Part shown: positions 29,301 through 44,300 of the stretch, in pieces | How the letters are laid out: each line of letters opens with the position of its first letter | Numbering within the stretch: the stretch's first letter is position 1 | Origin: Ascidiella aspersa | Lineage: Eukaryota | Length of the DNA: 64,000 nt | NCBI GenBank assembly: GCA_963924565.1 | Contig: OZ004613.1 | Span: 22,382,001 to 22,446,000, forward strand | Direction: 5' to 3' | Notes under the pieces: model-generated | What the model saw: only the letters and a program-made list of their open reading frames with translations | The model's database searches: none | What the model was told of the DNA's origin: nothing | Position numbers and translations under genes: made by a program

Positions 29301-32300
29301 GCATGTCCGGGCAAATATTTACCTCCAAATAGTCCTGCGGCCTTGCGTCATTATTATGCCCTCCACAATTTATTGATAATTGGCTCCTACAACTTAGTAA
29401 CAGGTCCACCAATTTTGGCCTGTTTTAGTAGGTTAGAAAATTAGCTAAAAAATGCTTAGTTTGATGTGTACAATTATTTAATTGTTGACACAATTGTCTT
29501 AACGTTTTAACCTATTTTAATATTCAGAAAATTAAAAAATTGTTTTATAGATTGGAAAAACTAATGGTTTGGATAACAAAGCATTGAAAACAAGTTGAAT
29601 TAGAATTTAACACAAAAACTATAGCAGTGCGTCGTCATTCATACGTTTGAATAGATGGGTAAATATAATTAAATAAAGGACTCCTTTATTCGATTTTTCG
29701 TATATTCATACAACCGGAGAATCTATTATGTTACAGTCTTCTTCGCTTAAAACAATGTTTATTTAAATACATAGTTTAGTTTAGTTTAACAGAAGGTTAA
29801 TAGACTTAAAACACAAAAGAAATAAGTAATTTGACCATAAACTACAATAGTGACAAGTCTTTCTTATGGTTGTGTTTGTGTTGCCAAATATTGGTAAATT
29901 ATATAATGTTTTCATATTACAAATGAAAGTGAAAACAACGAACCGACTAATATTTAAAAAAATGTTATTAAACATGTTCGATGAATATAATGTCTGTCTT
30001 TCAATTTCACGTCATAGGATAATAAACACATCTTAAAAATCTACTCAAAAGCATAACCATTAACAAAATCAAATATACCGTGTAAGGATATGAACACGAA
30101 TTATGTAATGTGACAAATATAATGTCTGTCTTCTAATTTCACGTCAAAGGAATATAAACACACCTGTCAAAATTATTCCAAATCAAAAGCTACAAATTTC
30201 ATTACAAAGCAAGATAAAGTTGCCGATTCGTTTCCATCAGTTTCTGAGCCCACCAGATGCTCGCTAAACGCAGCCAATCACGAAGCTTCTGGGATGATAA
30301 GATGGGCAGACGTCAGCCACTCATTTTGTTTGGATTGGCTCGAGTGGCTACAGTGCCCATTTCGGCTGTACACATATGCTTTTGGTCGGCAGTGCACAAA
30401 ACAGCGTGTTTGCGCTTCGTGATTAATGTTCCGGGCAATTTTCTTGAAATAAAGTCCGCTCAAAGTACACCGAGATTTGTTTGTTAACATAACCCGGTTT
30501 GGCGTCGATATTGTTGACTAGTTATCGGTGGACCCAAGGTCCGAGTATGCGTACGGAAATTTACGATTTTTTTGGTAAATATATCTATTTCCTTTTGATT
30601 CATCTGTACGACGTACCCCTTCAAATAATGAATTGAATATAAAAAAACACTTGTTTTTAGGTTTGGAATAATTCATCTGTAATAAAAGTGTTAACTTAAA
30701 AAAGCCTTATAGTAAATTATCGCGCATTCTTACTTACGTCATACTTACAACTATTTTTATTTTCCCCATGGTTTTATGAAATAATCGCTAAACCGTGTGA
30801 AACTATGCCGCAATCTATTTCCCGTCTCAATTTTTCACATTGCAAAATTGTTTTATACCACCATATTATTTGTATTTTCTAAAAATTCCACGTTAGCCAA
30901 TTCTTGTAATGCTGGGGGTTATTAGTTAATTAGTGTCAGCAAAGCATTAAACAACTCGATGGTTAAAAAACAGATTAAATATTCTAATTATTTGCAACCC
31001 GCAATTTTATTTTATTAGAATTACGTTGTTTCACATTACACACAGCCCTTTTATTATTTTTTGGCAATCGTACGTGGTCTAATGCGCGGCCGTGTTCTAT
31101 TGTGACAAGCTTAGTGTGTGAGATTGCAATTCTGAGTTTGTTTTAAGTTTTCGTTGTAGCTATGCGCGATAATAAAGTATGTCACAAGTGGCACAGAAGT
31201 AATGACGGTGCAAGTTGTAACTGTTTACAAGAGAGCCACTTATACGCGCCTCGAGTGTGTTGTGCTTCACCTGATTTCTTCGGGTGGTGATTATATTATG
31301 TTATTTCTTGCAGATAGTGAACGTACGGGATGCTGAACGAGACGGAAGATTTCAATTTGTGGTGAGTCCAATTGAAATTTACAGGGCCCACGCAGAAGCG
31401 CGAGTGTTCCACTTAAACCGCTAAATTCCCAAAGTTTTGGAGAATTGTTTTTGACTTCTGCGTCCGCTGTTTCTGCCACGAAATTACGAGCGTTTATATT
31501 GTTTGGCAAGCTTACCTTAAATTTAATTGCTTATAATGCAGTTTTGATAAAGAAACGTTGTTATTTTGGCAGTTTTTTATTTATCATACTCTACCGCTAT
31601 GTTATTTAATACGCTTATTGTATTATGCAATTAAACAAATTATTATCGGCCTGCTAATAAATCTTATAAAATAAAAGTCAACATTAAGACGTCACAGTGT
31701 AATACCCAACAAATGATGCATTGAGGCTTAAAATGCCTATCCCAAAATAGTAGCAAATACCGCTATATAATTATTTCCAATCTATATTTTACGAAATCTA
31801 AATTCGTGCCCGCAACAAGATGCTGCCAATAACGCTGTTTACAACCGAAATTTTGTTTTCCGACTGCTTTAAATCTATGTCGTCACACCAGCGTCACTAT
31901 AAAGAGGTGGATGTCACATTTGCTATAATTTTTGATGTTCGCGTGGAGTTTTATCTAAATCCGTCTTGTAAAACACGAAGTTTACTGCCCGCAGATTCTT
32001 TTGGCTTATGTGGCAATTTGTCGTGGTCAAGCGGCACTTGTGTCGAGTTAATTGTAGCGCTTGGCACGGTGGCAACTGTCACATCGTGTCACCGACAATG
32101 TATCAATGCTGTAAGCCGGTATATCGGACCTTATACGTTGTAATAGAATGTCGGACTTCAGCCAAGATCAAAATAAGAATAACAGCAACGTCGGAATAAA
32201 ACACAGTTGGGAATAACACCAAAATAGGACTAGTACCTAATAGTTGTAAGTTTTGTAATAAATTAAAAATCATAATAAATCCCAAATCCGTCGGAATTCA

Positions 32301-35300
32301 GAAATAGGCCTATAAAACAGTTTACTTAAACCCAATTCCAACCCCTAAATACATCACTAACTTCCCTAAAAATTTCAACCCTGACCCATTTTAACCCAGG
32401 TGGTTCTTAATCGGAAGGGTGGGGGTCGGATTCAACTTCTTTATTAAGGTTCAACTTTCGTATATTCATGTTGTCTTACTGATATATACTCCAAAATTAC
32501 CAAATTTATTTTGATATGATAATTATTCAATATCCAAGGGGTCGGGAGGCTCAGGGCAAATACCAAAGAGGGACGCGGGAGAAAAAGGGTTAAGAACCAC
32601 TGTTCTAACCCATCCATTATCCACCACTAACCCCAAACAGAGTCAAATAATCCGGTGCAACCTTAACGGCGCCGTTCCAACTAGGGCGCTCAAACGTCAG
32701 TACCAAATCGGCCGATTTAAAACCGATGGCCCCAGTTCGCTCATACCCTCTCAATACAGTTTTATGTGTTTTTTGGCCATTTTGGCCTTATTCCTAAGAA
32801 TTAAGAACCAATTCCGACGGGTTAATGTTTTGTTTAAACAATTTATTCTTTATCTTGTGGCTGATATTACTGCGAATTTGGCTTCATTATTTCGTAATAC
32901 TATGGTATTGTAGATTTTTCTGCTTTAGGTTTTGTTGTGCTGTAGATTTTATTGTATGTTCCCCGAATGTCGTTTTTAATCAGTTGCGAAACTAAATTAA
33001 TGCGATTGTTTTAAAGCTTTCGGCATTTTATTGTTTTGCTCTATATATATGCAATGTTTGGCGTTCTCTAAGTTCTGGAAGGGCATCCATGTTTATAAAG
33101 ATAAACTGCTAAGCTGATGCTCAAATCTTGCATTTGATGTTTTTCTCGTGATTATTGTAAAGAACAAAAAAAAGTTCAAAACGTTCCAATTTGAACTCTG
33201 TGTACACAATAACATACATTTTTTTAATGTTTACATTTTATTGTATTGCCTGAAATTCATAAAATGGATCTGATACTGAGTTTAAATATACCAGGACACT
33301 ATGGTTAGAAAATTTTTATTTTTTATTTTTGCAGGAAGACAAAGAGCTGGGTTTGAAAACTGTCTCACTTCTTTGCGTTCCGATTCGGGACAGTTTGCGG
33401 CAAGTTATAGGTAGCTGTTCAACATTTTTTTTTGTTCTAACGGTTTGTTAATATCTACGTTTGATTATTTGCTATGCAAACTGATTTTAACTTTGGAACA
33501 CAATACACGTTTGTTTTAGTAATGTCAATAAAATATCAAAGCCATAATATTCGATAAAATCGACATTTCGCAATTTACAGACGTTTCAGCAATAACTCAT
33601 GCCATCATCAGTGTAAAAATGAAGTGAAGATAAAAGCGATAAAACACAAAAAATAAAAACATTTTTTTAAACATTTTTTTTGTCCTTTTTCCTTTTTTTT
33701 TTATGTTTTATCACTTTTATCTTCACTTGATTTTTAGACTGATGATGGCATGAGTTATTGCTGAAACGTCTGTAAATTGCGAAATGTCGATTTTATCGAA
33801 TATTATGGCTTTTTTATTTTTATTGATTTTAACTTGCTGTACAAATTCGAGGAAGAATGCCTACTTTAGACATGTACTGTTCGTTTGTCAAAAAAAAATT
33901 TTTTTAGGGGTAATTCAGCTCGTAAACAAACAGCACCGACTGGGAACCTCGTTCACCAAAAGCGACGAGCAGATACTCGAAGCCTTTACAATATTTTGCG
34001 GCCTCGGCATTTCCAACACTAGGATGTACGAGGAAACGGCGAGGCTGGCCGCCAAGCAGCAAGTCATTTTGGAAGTAAGTCTGCGCTGTGTCAGTCCAAA
34101 GACTTGTTGTGGTCTTTTGGCATCTTGAAAATTTCTTCAAAAAATTGACTCGGACTACCGGTACTAATGCAGGATTAGTCTTGACGTGGTACGATTAAAG
34201 TATTATGTCATTTGATTTGAATTTATCCTATCCTTCTCATTCAACGTGGTGGAGAAAAAGGAAATTCATGATAATATTATATTTGGTATAGGTAAGATGC
34301 ATTGGCAGATATAATTTTTTATTTTTTTATACACGATTACAAAGCAAAAGTGCCAAGCCTCTTGAGCATATATAAAAATGCAGTTGCTTTGTGTCTCTTG
34401 AATATAATCCTATTTAATTTGGTTTATTTTAGGTGTTTTTTTCTGTTTTTTAGCAAAACTATATATATTTTGTTTTCAGTACAAGAACAAAAATTAGCCT
34501 AAGGCACCGGTAAAGGACAGGCGGCCAGTAAATTGTTTAAAGCGACCTAAAATGAAAACAACAAGTTAATACTTGTGTTTTTTAGCCCGTTTGCATGAAT
34601 CTATCCCATTGACAATTTTTTTCTTTGTTTCAGTCACTACTTATATGTTAACAATTCCTTGTATTTTTGTTACAGGTTTTGTCCTATCACGCTATTGCCC
34701 CACCACAAGAAGGCCTTCAGCTGTTGGTAAGTGTATAAATCTCATAAAACGTGTTTCAAGATTTTTATTAAAAACTTACCATTATGGGCTTGCCAATCTT
34801 TAGGTCAAAACACATTTGAGAGGTTTATTAGTTATTTTTTTAAATTATTGTTTATCTTTTAGAGACTCGGACAAAACAGAATTAGTTTTTACTACTTACT
34901 CTTATATGGAATGATAAATGTAGGTCTGTAAACAAGTGTTTCTTCTGTTTGGTCACTAAATGAGGTAATAACAACAATATTGCTAATACTCTTACGAGCC
35001 AAAAAGTCACTTTCGTATTCATAAATATTCGTGAGTATGGTATATCGATTGTGGACATGGCCGTGATAGCCATACCGTCATATGAACTATGACTGCTAAC
35101 ACGCCCACAGTTAGTGTTGGTGTCGCCTGGACTATGGTGTAATGTTAGTTAAACATTGCACTAATAAAGCCGTTGACTCTGCGAAGCTCAGTCGTTAAAG
35201 CGGCGGCTCCACCATGGCTGAGGTCATGAATTCAAATCAAAGGCTAATGTTCTAGCTCCCTATTTGCCAACGCCCTTGGTAATACCATTCAGTTTAGGGG

Positions 35301-38300
35301 ATCTTTTTCGTTGGTCGGCCCTGTCATAAAATAAACACAACAAATGGAATTGCACAATTATTGAATCCTCATAATCTATATGTTCGGCCTTTTGAAAAAA
35401 CCATCAGCTACAAATAAAAGCTTGTATGACGCTTTCTCTTACCATTCGCACAAGGGTTTTATTTATTTATTTTTTGTTTCACACCATAACGTACTTTAAA
35501 CTAAATCGCCTTTCAGAGCCAGAAACCTACAAAAAGAATACCAACAAGTCCAAACGGCAATATTTCGATTATTATTCACGAATTTTATGTTTTTGTGGAG
35601 TAGTTAGAGCAGAGGTTGTTTAACTGGGGTACGTGGACCTCCTGGGATTACGAGGACTAATTTGACGAGATCCATTAGGGCCGGATTGAAATATTTGTGA
35701 ATAATTCTCTGAAAATTGCTTGCCAACCGTGGTCCACGCGACAAGAAAAATTTGGGGGGGGGGTCTGCAGTAAAAACAAATAAGAACTCCTGTGTTAGAG
35801 CGATATCAATTTGTCATTGAACATACAGAGCAGCGAGCTTCCGACCTCCAAAGCGCTGGGCCTCCTCAAGTACGAGTTTGATGACGCGTCGCTGTCCGAT
35901 TTCGACACCATGCGCGCCACCGTGCGGATGTTCCAAGACATGAACCTGCTCGACAAGTTTCACATAAGCCGTGAGGTGAGGACAGTAAAGCGCAATGGCA
36001 GATACTTTAAGGGGAAAAATGCTTTTTTAAGGATTTGGATATACTAAATTGCTTGGCATACTTGCGTATATCGAAGAGTTATCCCGTCAGACGCATGTGT
36101 GTATGAAACACATTACAGAATAGGTTTTTCTCACCTAAAATACCTGCACGGATAAACTGGACAGCACATGTCTGCCGAAAATACTGATATAAATAAGGAT
36201 AAATTACTAACTACGCATTTTTGCCCCAACATAATCATATTTTGCCTCAACATAAAAGTTATATGGTAGTGTAGACAAAATCAGTTCTTCATCTTATTTG
36301 GACAAATGAGGCATTAAAAAGTATTTTTTATGCTTAACTAATAATACAAAAATGTCAACAACAAGAAATGGCGTTCTTGTCCAAGAACTGAAACTTCAGA
36401 CTTAATGTAAAACAGTGTTTCTCAGCCTTTAATTACTAGCGGAACGCTTAAGAAACAGTAAATAGATTGCGGCACCCCTACAAGATTGTTTCGTCTTCGG
36501 TATTTTACTAGAAAGTCACCAGGTATTTTACTAGAATGTCACAATAAAACACACACATCAACTCTACACAACGTAGGAGGGTATAATTTGATTTATTTCA
36601 CTCTAATCTTTACAAAAAATTGTAAGAGTTGAGCAAAATTTAGTTTCTTAAAGATTCTCAAATATCTTTTGGCACCCTTGAGCATTAGAAATAGCACCCC
36701 AGGGTGCCGCGGCATCCCAGTTAAGAACCATACATGTAAAGCCTTTACCTTTGCCGTTACAGACGATTGGGCGATGGGTGGCGAGTGTGAAGCGCAACTA
36801 CCGCCCGGTCAAGTACCACAACTGGCGACACGCCTTCAACGTGTGCCAGAGCGCCTTCTGCATGCTCAAGCTGGGCGGACTGTTGAACGTCTTCAACGAG
36901 TACGAGCAACTCGCCCTGCTCATTTCCTGCCTGTCGCACGACCTGGATCACCGGGGCACCAACAACGCGTTTCAGGCAAAGTAAGTACATTCAACTGCAA
37001 CGTATCCAACTGCAGCTCGCCAATAGCTATTGCGAGATTATATACACACACATTTTCGTTACAAAGTGTGCGGATACTCTATATTTAGGAAAGAAGTTGA
37101 TTACAGTTGATATTTTGTAAGTAAGTACAACGTGTCGGGCGAAAGGCAGCTCAAGTAGCCTTCACGCGATTTTTTTTAATTTGGGGCAAAATACTTAGAA
37201 TAAAAACAATTGGTTATAAAGAAAAAAAAAATATAGCCATATTTATTTATAATTTCTTGTGATTTTCAAGACTATTTCTTGTGATTTCCCCTCACAGATA
37301 AAAGGTCTTCACTAGGAGCAGTTGCCAAAAAAGGAGGAAAGTCTCTGCGGTGTTAGGTATAGGGGGCCTCCGCCTTCACGAGACCAAATCCATAAAGCAT
37401 TATCGTTTCTTTAATATGGCAGCTATCATTTTTTTTCACTAATTTCGGCGCCAAGTTCAGAGCTAAAAAGACAAAGTGTACAGATGCTTTATTTTGGTAG
37501 TTTATAATTATGAAGTGTTGCACTGAATATGTGATATTGTGAATCACCTTAAACTTTGCAAGGTAAATGTCGACCTTAATTCTTGATCAGTAACACCAGA
37601 ATACGCTAGCTAAGCTAGCAATTCAAGTCGGACATTATTAAAAGATCTTAAAATATATTTATATATGTATATAAATATATATAATATATATTTATATAAA
37701 TTGCGGCAACCAAGGCATCGTCAGTATCCGGATTCGAATATTCGAATTGCCAGCTTTGCTAAGAGTATTCTGCTGTTTATAGAACGTAATATTTTTTCAA
37801 GTGTGTTTACTCCTTTAAGGTTTAATTTCTGGTAACATATATAACCTTCGTATATTTTTTGAATTTGTTAATTGGTGGTGCAATAAAACATATACGTGTT
37901 GATTATTCCTATCTACACAGCACATCGACATAACTTTCAGCATTTTACGTATATAACTGCTCACCATTGGTCAAATATTTTTAAAACCAACAGAACTCGT
38001 ATTTTGTTGTGCTGGAATCAGATACATCGTAACGAATCAATTTATTGCTGTGAGTGGAAAAGTTTTAAAATGAATTCTTTCCTTAAATCAAACGACGTAA
38101 ATCCCATTTCAATACATTTATCATCATCTAGTTTTTCGGAAAAAATGCGCGGCCATCGGCGGACTGAAATCAGTTTGCAGCAAGCACCAACGTTAACAGA
38201 ACGAAACTGCATTAAATGAGTCTAAACATGTTCACACTAATATCACTCCATTTATCCTATTCATCTAGGATCGAGCACCCTCTGGCGCGTTTATACTCCA

Positions 38301-41300
38301 CCTCAACGATGGAATATCACCACTACAACCAGTGCATGATGATTCTACAAAGTGAAGGTAAGAACGTTCTGTCTGAATCAATTTTACATTTGGTATTTTA
38401 CCTTGGTTCAAAGTGTTAAAAAAAACAGTGATTAATTGCGGTTTATTGTTTCGTTTTTAAAAAAATTTAGTTTGCTTTACTTTATTTGATTCAAGATATT
38501 GTTTTTCTTTGCTAAATGCACTATTTTTTGTATTTATACATTCGTTTGATGATATTGCCATGTTAACCAAACGCGAAATAAAGAATTCAATTTAATCTAA
38601 AATGAATTGCCTTTATTTAGGTGGGTATATAATAAATAATAAGGTTTGCAACTCAAATACAAATCAATATACTAAAGGCAAATTACTGAAGTACATATTT
38701 TGTTGATTGAAAATTTTTATTTTCATTTTTCTACCTTATCAGGAGAAGGTTTTATTTTCTAAAAAAATTGCCCGTTTCTTTTATTCACTTTTTAAATGGT
38801 AATTTTTTTTTTTAATTACGTATTGACCTATATAAGTAACCTATTAATTGTCGGTTTTATCGCTCGCCGACAAAATATCCTCATTGAAAAAGGCAATAAG
38901 GTTTCATTCATATTCCAAGCACAGAGCACTTTGCTCGTGCTTAAATTCGCGACAAGGACAAACCCGCTTTGCACCATTCGATGGCACACACGCGCAAGAA
39001 TAAAGCAGCTCGTCCGACTGAAAGATGCACTCCCCTCTATTGATGACGTAACTTGGAGCGTGACACGTCACAGATACGTCACGTTTGCCGCTTTGTCGAG
39101 CTTCGATTAGCTGCTGTTTGGGAAAAATGACCGTCGTGGTTGCGCAATCCACGCCGTTTGCTCGCAACACTTTTGTGGAATTGATTAGCGCGAAAAAAGT
39201 GCGCTCGCACACCATCTTGCGGCTAGCGCACGCGGCGGAACAAGATTCGCCCAGATGCGATAGCTGTACCTGCGCCATTAAAAAAATACGTTACGTTCTA
39301 CTAGCCGTTCTGTCTGGAGATATTATCTTTACAATTACGGTTTTGTTCTCATAAAGCGACAAGAACATAAATTGCATTTAAGTGTTTTATTCTTGACAAA
39401 TTACACTTATATGGCAGTCAGTGATGATGTTATTTAATCATGATCTTAGTTGCAAAAAAGTAAATACGTAAAATTCATCCATTCAATTACATTTTAAATA
39501 CATTTTAAGAAAGACATTGTTGTTTTGATCAAAACTATAAGCTAATTATTTAAAATGCTATCTTAAAATGTGCAGCAAGATAGTAGGCTAACGAAGGTTT
39601 GATTACGTTTTTAGATTGTTTATTGTTACGTCGGCTTATAGACTGACCTTCAATGCTGAAACTGGCGGCCATTTTCTTTTTTTCCGTTTCCAGAAGACCT
39701 GACTCGCCAGCGAAACAGACCGCAAACTTTCGGTGCAAAAATCCTGGTTTTCCAAATACGAGTTCAGTCTCTGTAAAAAAACATGTAAATGTTTTTTTGA
39801 GTTACATGTTGTAATTAGAATTACAGACGCATTCACAAATTCACCTCCAAGAATCCTTCGTGCGTAAACTCATAGGTAACGTAAGGGCGGGGCCTTTTGG
39901 AATTGCGTATTTGCTTCAGGGTTTCGTTCACTTGGGTGAGATTGCCAATGTTCACAGTAAACACGAAAGGCGGGCCTTGAAAAAAGGTAGGTTGTTGATT
40001 GCAGTAAAATATTATTTAGGTAATTCAGAAGACCAGGAAGTCCGTTTATAAAACTGGTCTAAACTAAAGAAGTGTTTTAGTATATATTCCATGCCTTTAT
40101 CTTTTACTGTTTAACGAAATGTTTTACATGATGTTTTCACGTTGTCCTTGGTCAGTAAAATTACAACAGGTGTTACTCCCATACAGGAAAGCTTGCTTAA
40201 ATAATGCATAATATAACAATAATTTCGATCTTTCCGCAACTATTCGATGTTAAAACTTTTATCACAACTTAAACAATTCAAAAGCTTTGTCCAAACCCAT
40301 AATAAACCTATGCATTTACGCAACTCACTGCTCACCGATGCTATTTTCTGCGTACGGATTTTGTGACGTCAGTCGGCGATTGGTCGGTTTATCTTTACCG
40401 ACGAAACGCGGGGGGTTGAAACGGGGATTTAGAAACACGGCCCCCTGGGCCAGGGCTTCTAAAGCGGCTGGTCCTTCCACCGGCAACCCCAGGCCAACGT
40501 ACACGGTCGACCGTCTCAGAAGGTCGAGGAACTCGGTTTGATGAAGACGACTATGATTGATGACGAAATCGGGCATATCTGAGTTATCTTCATCCTAAAG
40601 AGGTTTTGTGAAATTATGTTGTAGTGGGACAATATGTGGCACTGTAGTTTGACCTCAGCCGGACATTTTTCTAAGTGGTTTTGGATGATACCGAGCTGCT
40701 AAAATGAACTTAAATGAGGTTGAAATGTAACTTTAAGTATTCGTGGTGTGGCTTGTAATCCTATAGAAAAAAGAAAAGATATAGGTAAGCTAACGCTTTT
40801 TGATTGTATTTCAACCTTTCTTTTTCATCGCCAAGCCAAAGTGTTGATCATAGTTGGTCGCATCTTTCTGAACATTGTTTTAGAATTAGATGAATATCCA
40901 ACAAACCTTGTCGTCTTCCCGAACCGTGGCATGAACTTCGTCAAAGTTTTCGCTTAAGGTCTGAAGAAATCGCAGTTTGTTTCGCCCTTTGAAGATCCGT
41001 TTTCTTTTGCCATAAATCAATGCTATCTTCCTGGAACACACATGTCGGATTGATTACGGAAAGCGGTGTATTGTGAACTTAATGTCTTATTATGCATGCT
41101 AATTTCATGCTTTAAAGGAAACAAAAAACTTGCACCAATAATACAACGTAAAAGCAGGGCCGCTGACAAAAAGTACCAATAGTATAATACGTTGAGTTTT
41201 GACGGTATACACATAATCACGTTTGGTTTATTTACTTAAATACATTTAAAAACACTTGCCTGGTTGTACGTGTTGAGCCTCTTATGTTATTGTTAATGTG

Positions 41301-44300
41301 CTCGCTTTTTATTTTCTTTTTTTAAAGAGGTATTTAACCTACGAAACAACTAAAATCTTGCTGTTACTGATTTTTTTTGCAAAAATATATAGAAGGGCGT
41401 ATCTTTATGCAAAACCATTGGCAGCAGGTTTCTGCTTGTCGATCACTGTTCCGCTGACGCGTAAATAAACAATAAAGCTCAAAGTTTAAAAATCAGAATA
41501 AAATCAGAAAACAGGAATATATATTTCTCCCATACTGGCAAAGGCAGTTCCTTAATTGGAATGATTGATTTTTTAAAAACTGGTTTTTAAACTTTTGAGT
41601 TTTATTGTTTATTGTTTTTTTGCATAATGAGCGCGTGAGTTGAATTAAAAAAAAAGAAACACAGTTCAAATTTCCAACTGTACAATGAGTTGGGATATAC
41701 TTACTTGGTTGAATTTGGGATGTCCGTCGCCATTGCTTTCTCTACAACGAAACCAAGGAACGAGTTGTCCGGAGAATGCGGAAAGTGAGTGAGGAACTGA
41801 CCAGGATCCAATCCTCTACCTACATGCAAATTCCACATGGTCACTATTACATGTCTTGAAAATAGATTACTGCCTACTCGAAATTATTTGAGGCGTGGTG
41901 TGACCCCGAATATGTTACACTTTATAATGCGTGTTCGACACGTTAATTGAACTTTTTATTTCTGTAAAGGTACAATACTTTTTAAATTAATAACCAGGAA
42001 CACGGAGTCGTCGGTTAAAATCCTTCTCCGGCAGAAAAAAATAAACTCGAGTCCGAGTCCCGAGTAAGGAATACGTCTTTGGCCAATTTAATTCCCAAGT
42101 ATCGCTTTGACTTCCTATACCATTTAGGAACTGAAAAAGGGTGGATATACAGCAATCCGAACAGGTCGTCATATAAATTGTCTACCCGCAATTAATATAT
42201 TTGGACAATATTTAACTATTCGCCATTTTATCATTGCAATTTAGAGTTTGCAGTCTTATCAGTGCAATCAATATACTTACATGCATAAAGCGTCCAATAC
42301 TTTTACGAGCGAATATAGAAGCTCCAAGACAATTGGACAAGGTGTGTACTAATATAAGTTAAGGTACCTCCCCATCTGCGGTTGTTCGATCTTTGCGGGC
42401 TGAACAGCGGGTGATTGAACTCCGGCTCGGTTCCATAAACGTCCAAAATACGAATCACACATCGGTAAAGGTACAACGAACCAAGTTGGTCTTGAATCTT
42501 TGTAAAAAAACATCGTTTGTAAATTGATCATCCCCGCCTAAAATTAGGTGCCTTAAAAGGGTTAAACAAAACTATATGTTTAATTTGACGAGAAATTCGC
42601 ACGAAACAGTTACATTTGTATTTACCTGCTGGAGGCCAATAATATCGGTAAAAACAAAATCGTATCGTCTTGCCGATTGACATACGGACGTTTTGTGCTT
42701 TAAAACTTGTTCTAATCGTTCGGGGGACCAAGAAAGGGTGACGTCATGACCCAGGGCGTGCAGGCTTGAAGCCAAGTCGGCCCACTGAACCAGTTCGCCG
42801 AGTGGCCCACCATGAAAAGCAGCCAGGCCAAAGTTAAGCCCAATCTCTTTTGTAAGGAGGCCCATGTGCAGAAGAACACTGAGTTTGACGCGTCTAGTTG
42901 CTGTCGAGCTGTCGTTGTCGCGCGACACACCTTGTCGTTTGTCGCTTGGCTCGTGACGCTTAATCTTGGCAAGCTGAAGGGCGCTGCTGGTCCACTTCTC
43001 TTCCATTCGTTTCACGCGTTTAGAAATCCACTCACAAACCTAAAGGTAGAAGGTTAAGAAGTTGGGTATAACAGTTAATGTACAAAGTATACATGGTTTA
43101 CCTCTCCACATTCGTCAAGTCTGTTCAGCAAATCTTTAAAATCTCTACCGGAGCCTGCTCGAGGAATAATATCAAGAGCGCGGGACTTCGGGAGAAGAGT
43201 TCCGGCGAACACGAAAGCAGCATCACGCGGTTCAGGGCAACTTCTCTCAACGTACACAACATGTCGGTAGATGTAGCAGTCGATATCTAATGCAGTAGGT
43301 TTCAGCTTGATTTGCAAAAGCGAGAGAAATATTTGTGGCAACAAAGCAGGATTTTATCGCTATTGTACTGACAGGAGTTTATGGGCTACACAGAAATCAC
43401 TTTCAGTTGTGAATGACTGAAGATAATCAATAAACTTGAAGCTGTTGACATTTTAGGTTTATCATAGGCAAGACTTTATCTTTTGAATAATAGATATATT
43501 TAGTATATCATTTTACATAGGCAAGGTTTTAATTTTCTATAAAAGGTTTATTCAGTATATAATTTTACATGGACAAGTCTTTCACTTTAGGATAAAATAT
43601 ATATTCAGTATATCATTTTACACGGGCAAGATTTTACTTTTGTATAAACGATATATTCAGTATATTATTTTAGTTGTTAGGTATTAGTTCTACCCAGTGT
43701 GGTGCTGTCGTTGTGAGCGCTTTTCAGTTGCGAAAGGCAAGGGTCCAGTTTCCAATTTTCCAGCAACCAATCATAACGCTTCACGCATCGTCGATCGCCG
43801 TCGATCCGTAACCGTTGTTTTCCGCAAAAGAGCAATCTACCCCGCTGCGTTATTCGTTCCTAGAAATACGTTTTAACTAAAACTAACAGAATAATGCATA
43901 TATTTAACAAACGTATCAAACCAGCAAGACTGCACTAAATTTGGCGGGGGCTTAAAAGTTTCAAGAATATATTACACCAGTCCGTGATTGCGTAGTACGG
44001 GATAGTTTAAATTATTGGTTCCTAAATGCTTCCTTGAAACAATGACGGAACCCTTTAATGCTTAAAACTGCGAAAATTAAAATTCACGCGACTACAATTC
44101 TTCTAACCTTTAGTTCAGTACTAATACTCTATACTTACTGTACACAAGCTACCAAAAGAAGTATTTTGAAAAAAAAAATATTTTTTTAAGAAAAATATTT
44201 CCGCGACTAATATAGTTTTCAACCTATAAGATAAGAGACGTTGTGCGGCCCCTTTAAACAATCTTACGGACCCCAGTTTGACCTCTGGTTTAAATAATAA

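Larger units (their letters stand above)
33538..33812. repeat. Foldback element: 109-bp inverted arms with 3 mismatches
   Basis: 33538-33646 is the reverse complement of 33704-33812; A/T-rich spacer. Confidence 0.95.

Noticed and set aside
41987-42172. Minus-strand ORF with a good acceptor inside MGAT5
   Set aside because: Flanking exons already join in phase into continuous MGAT5-like sequence; the peptide is not MGAT5-like.
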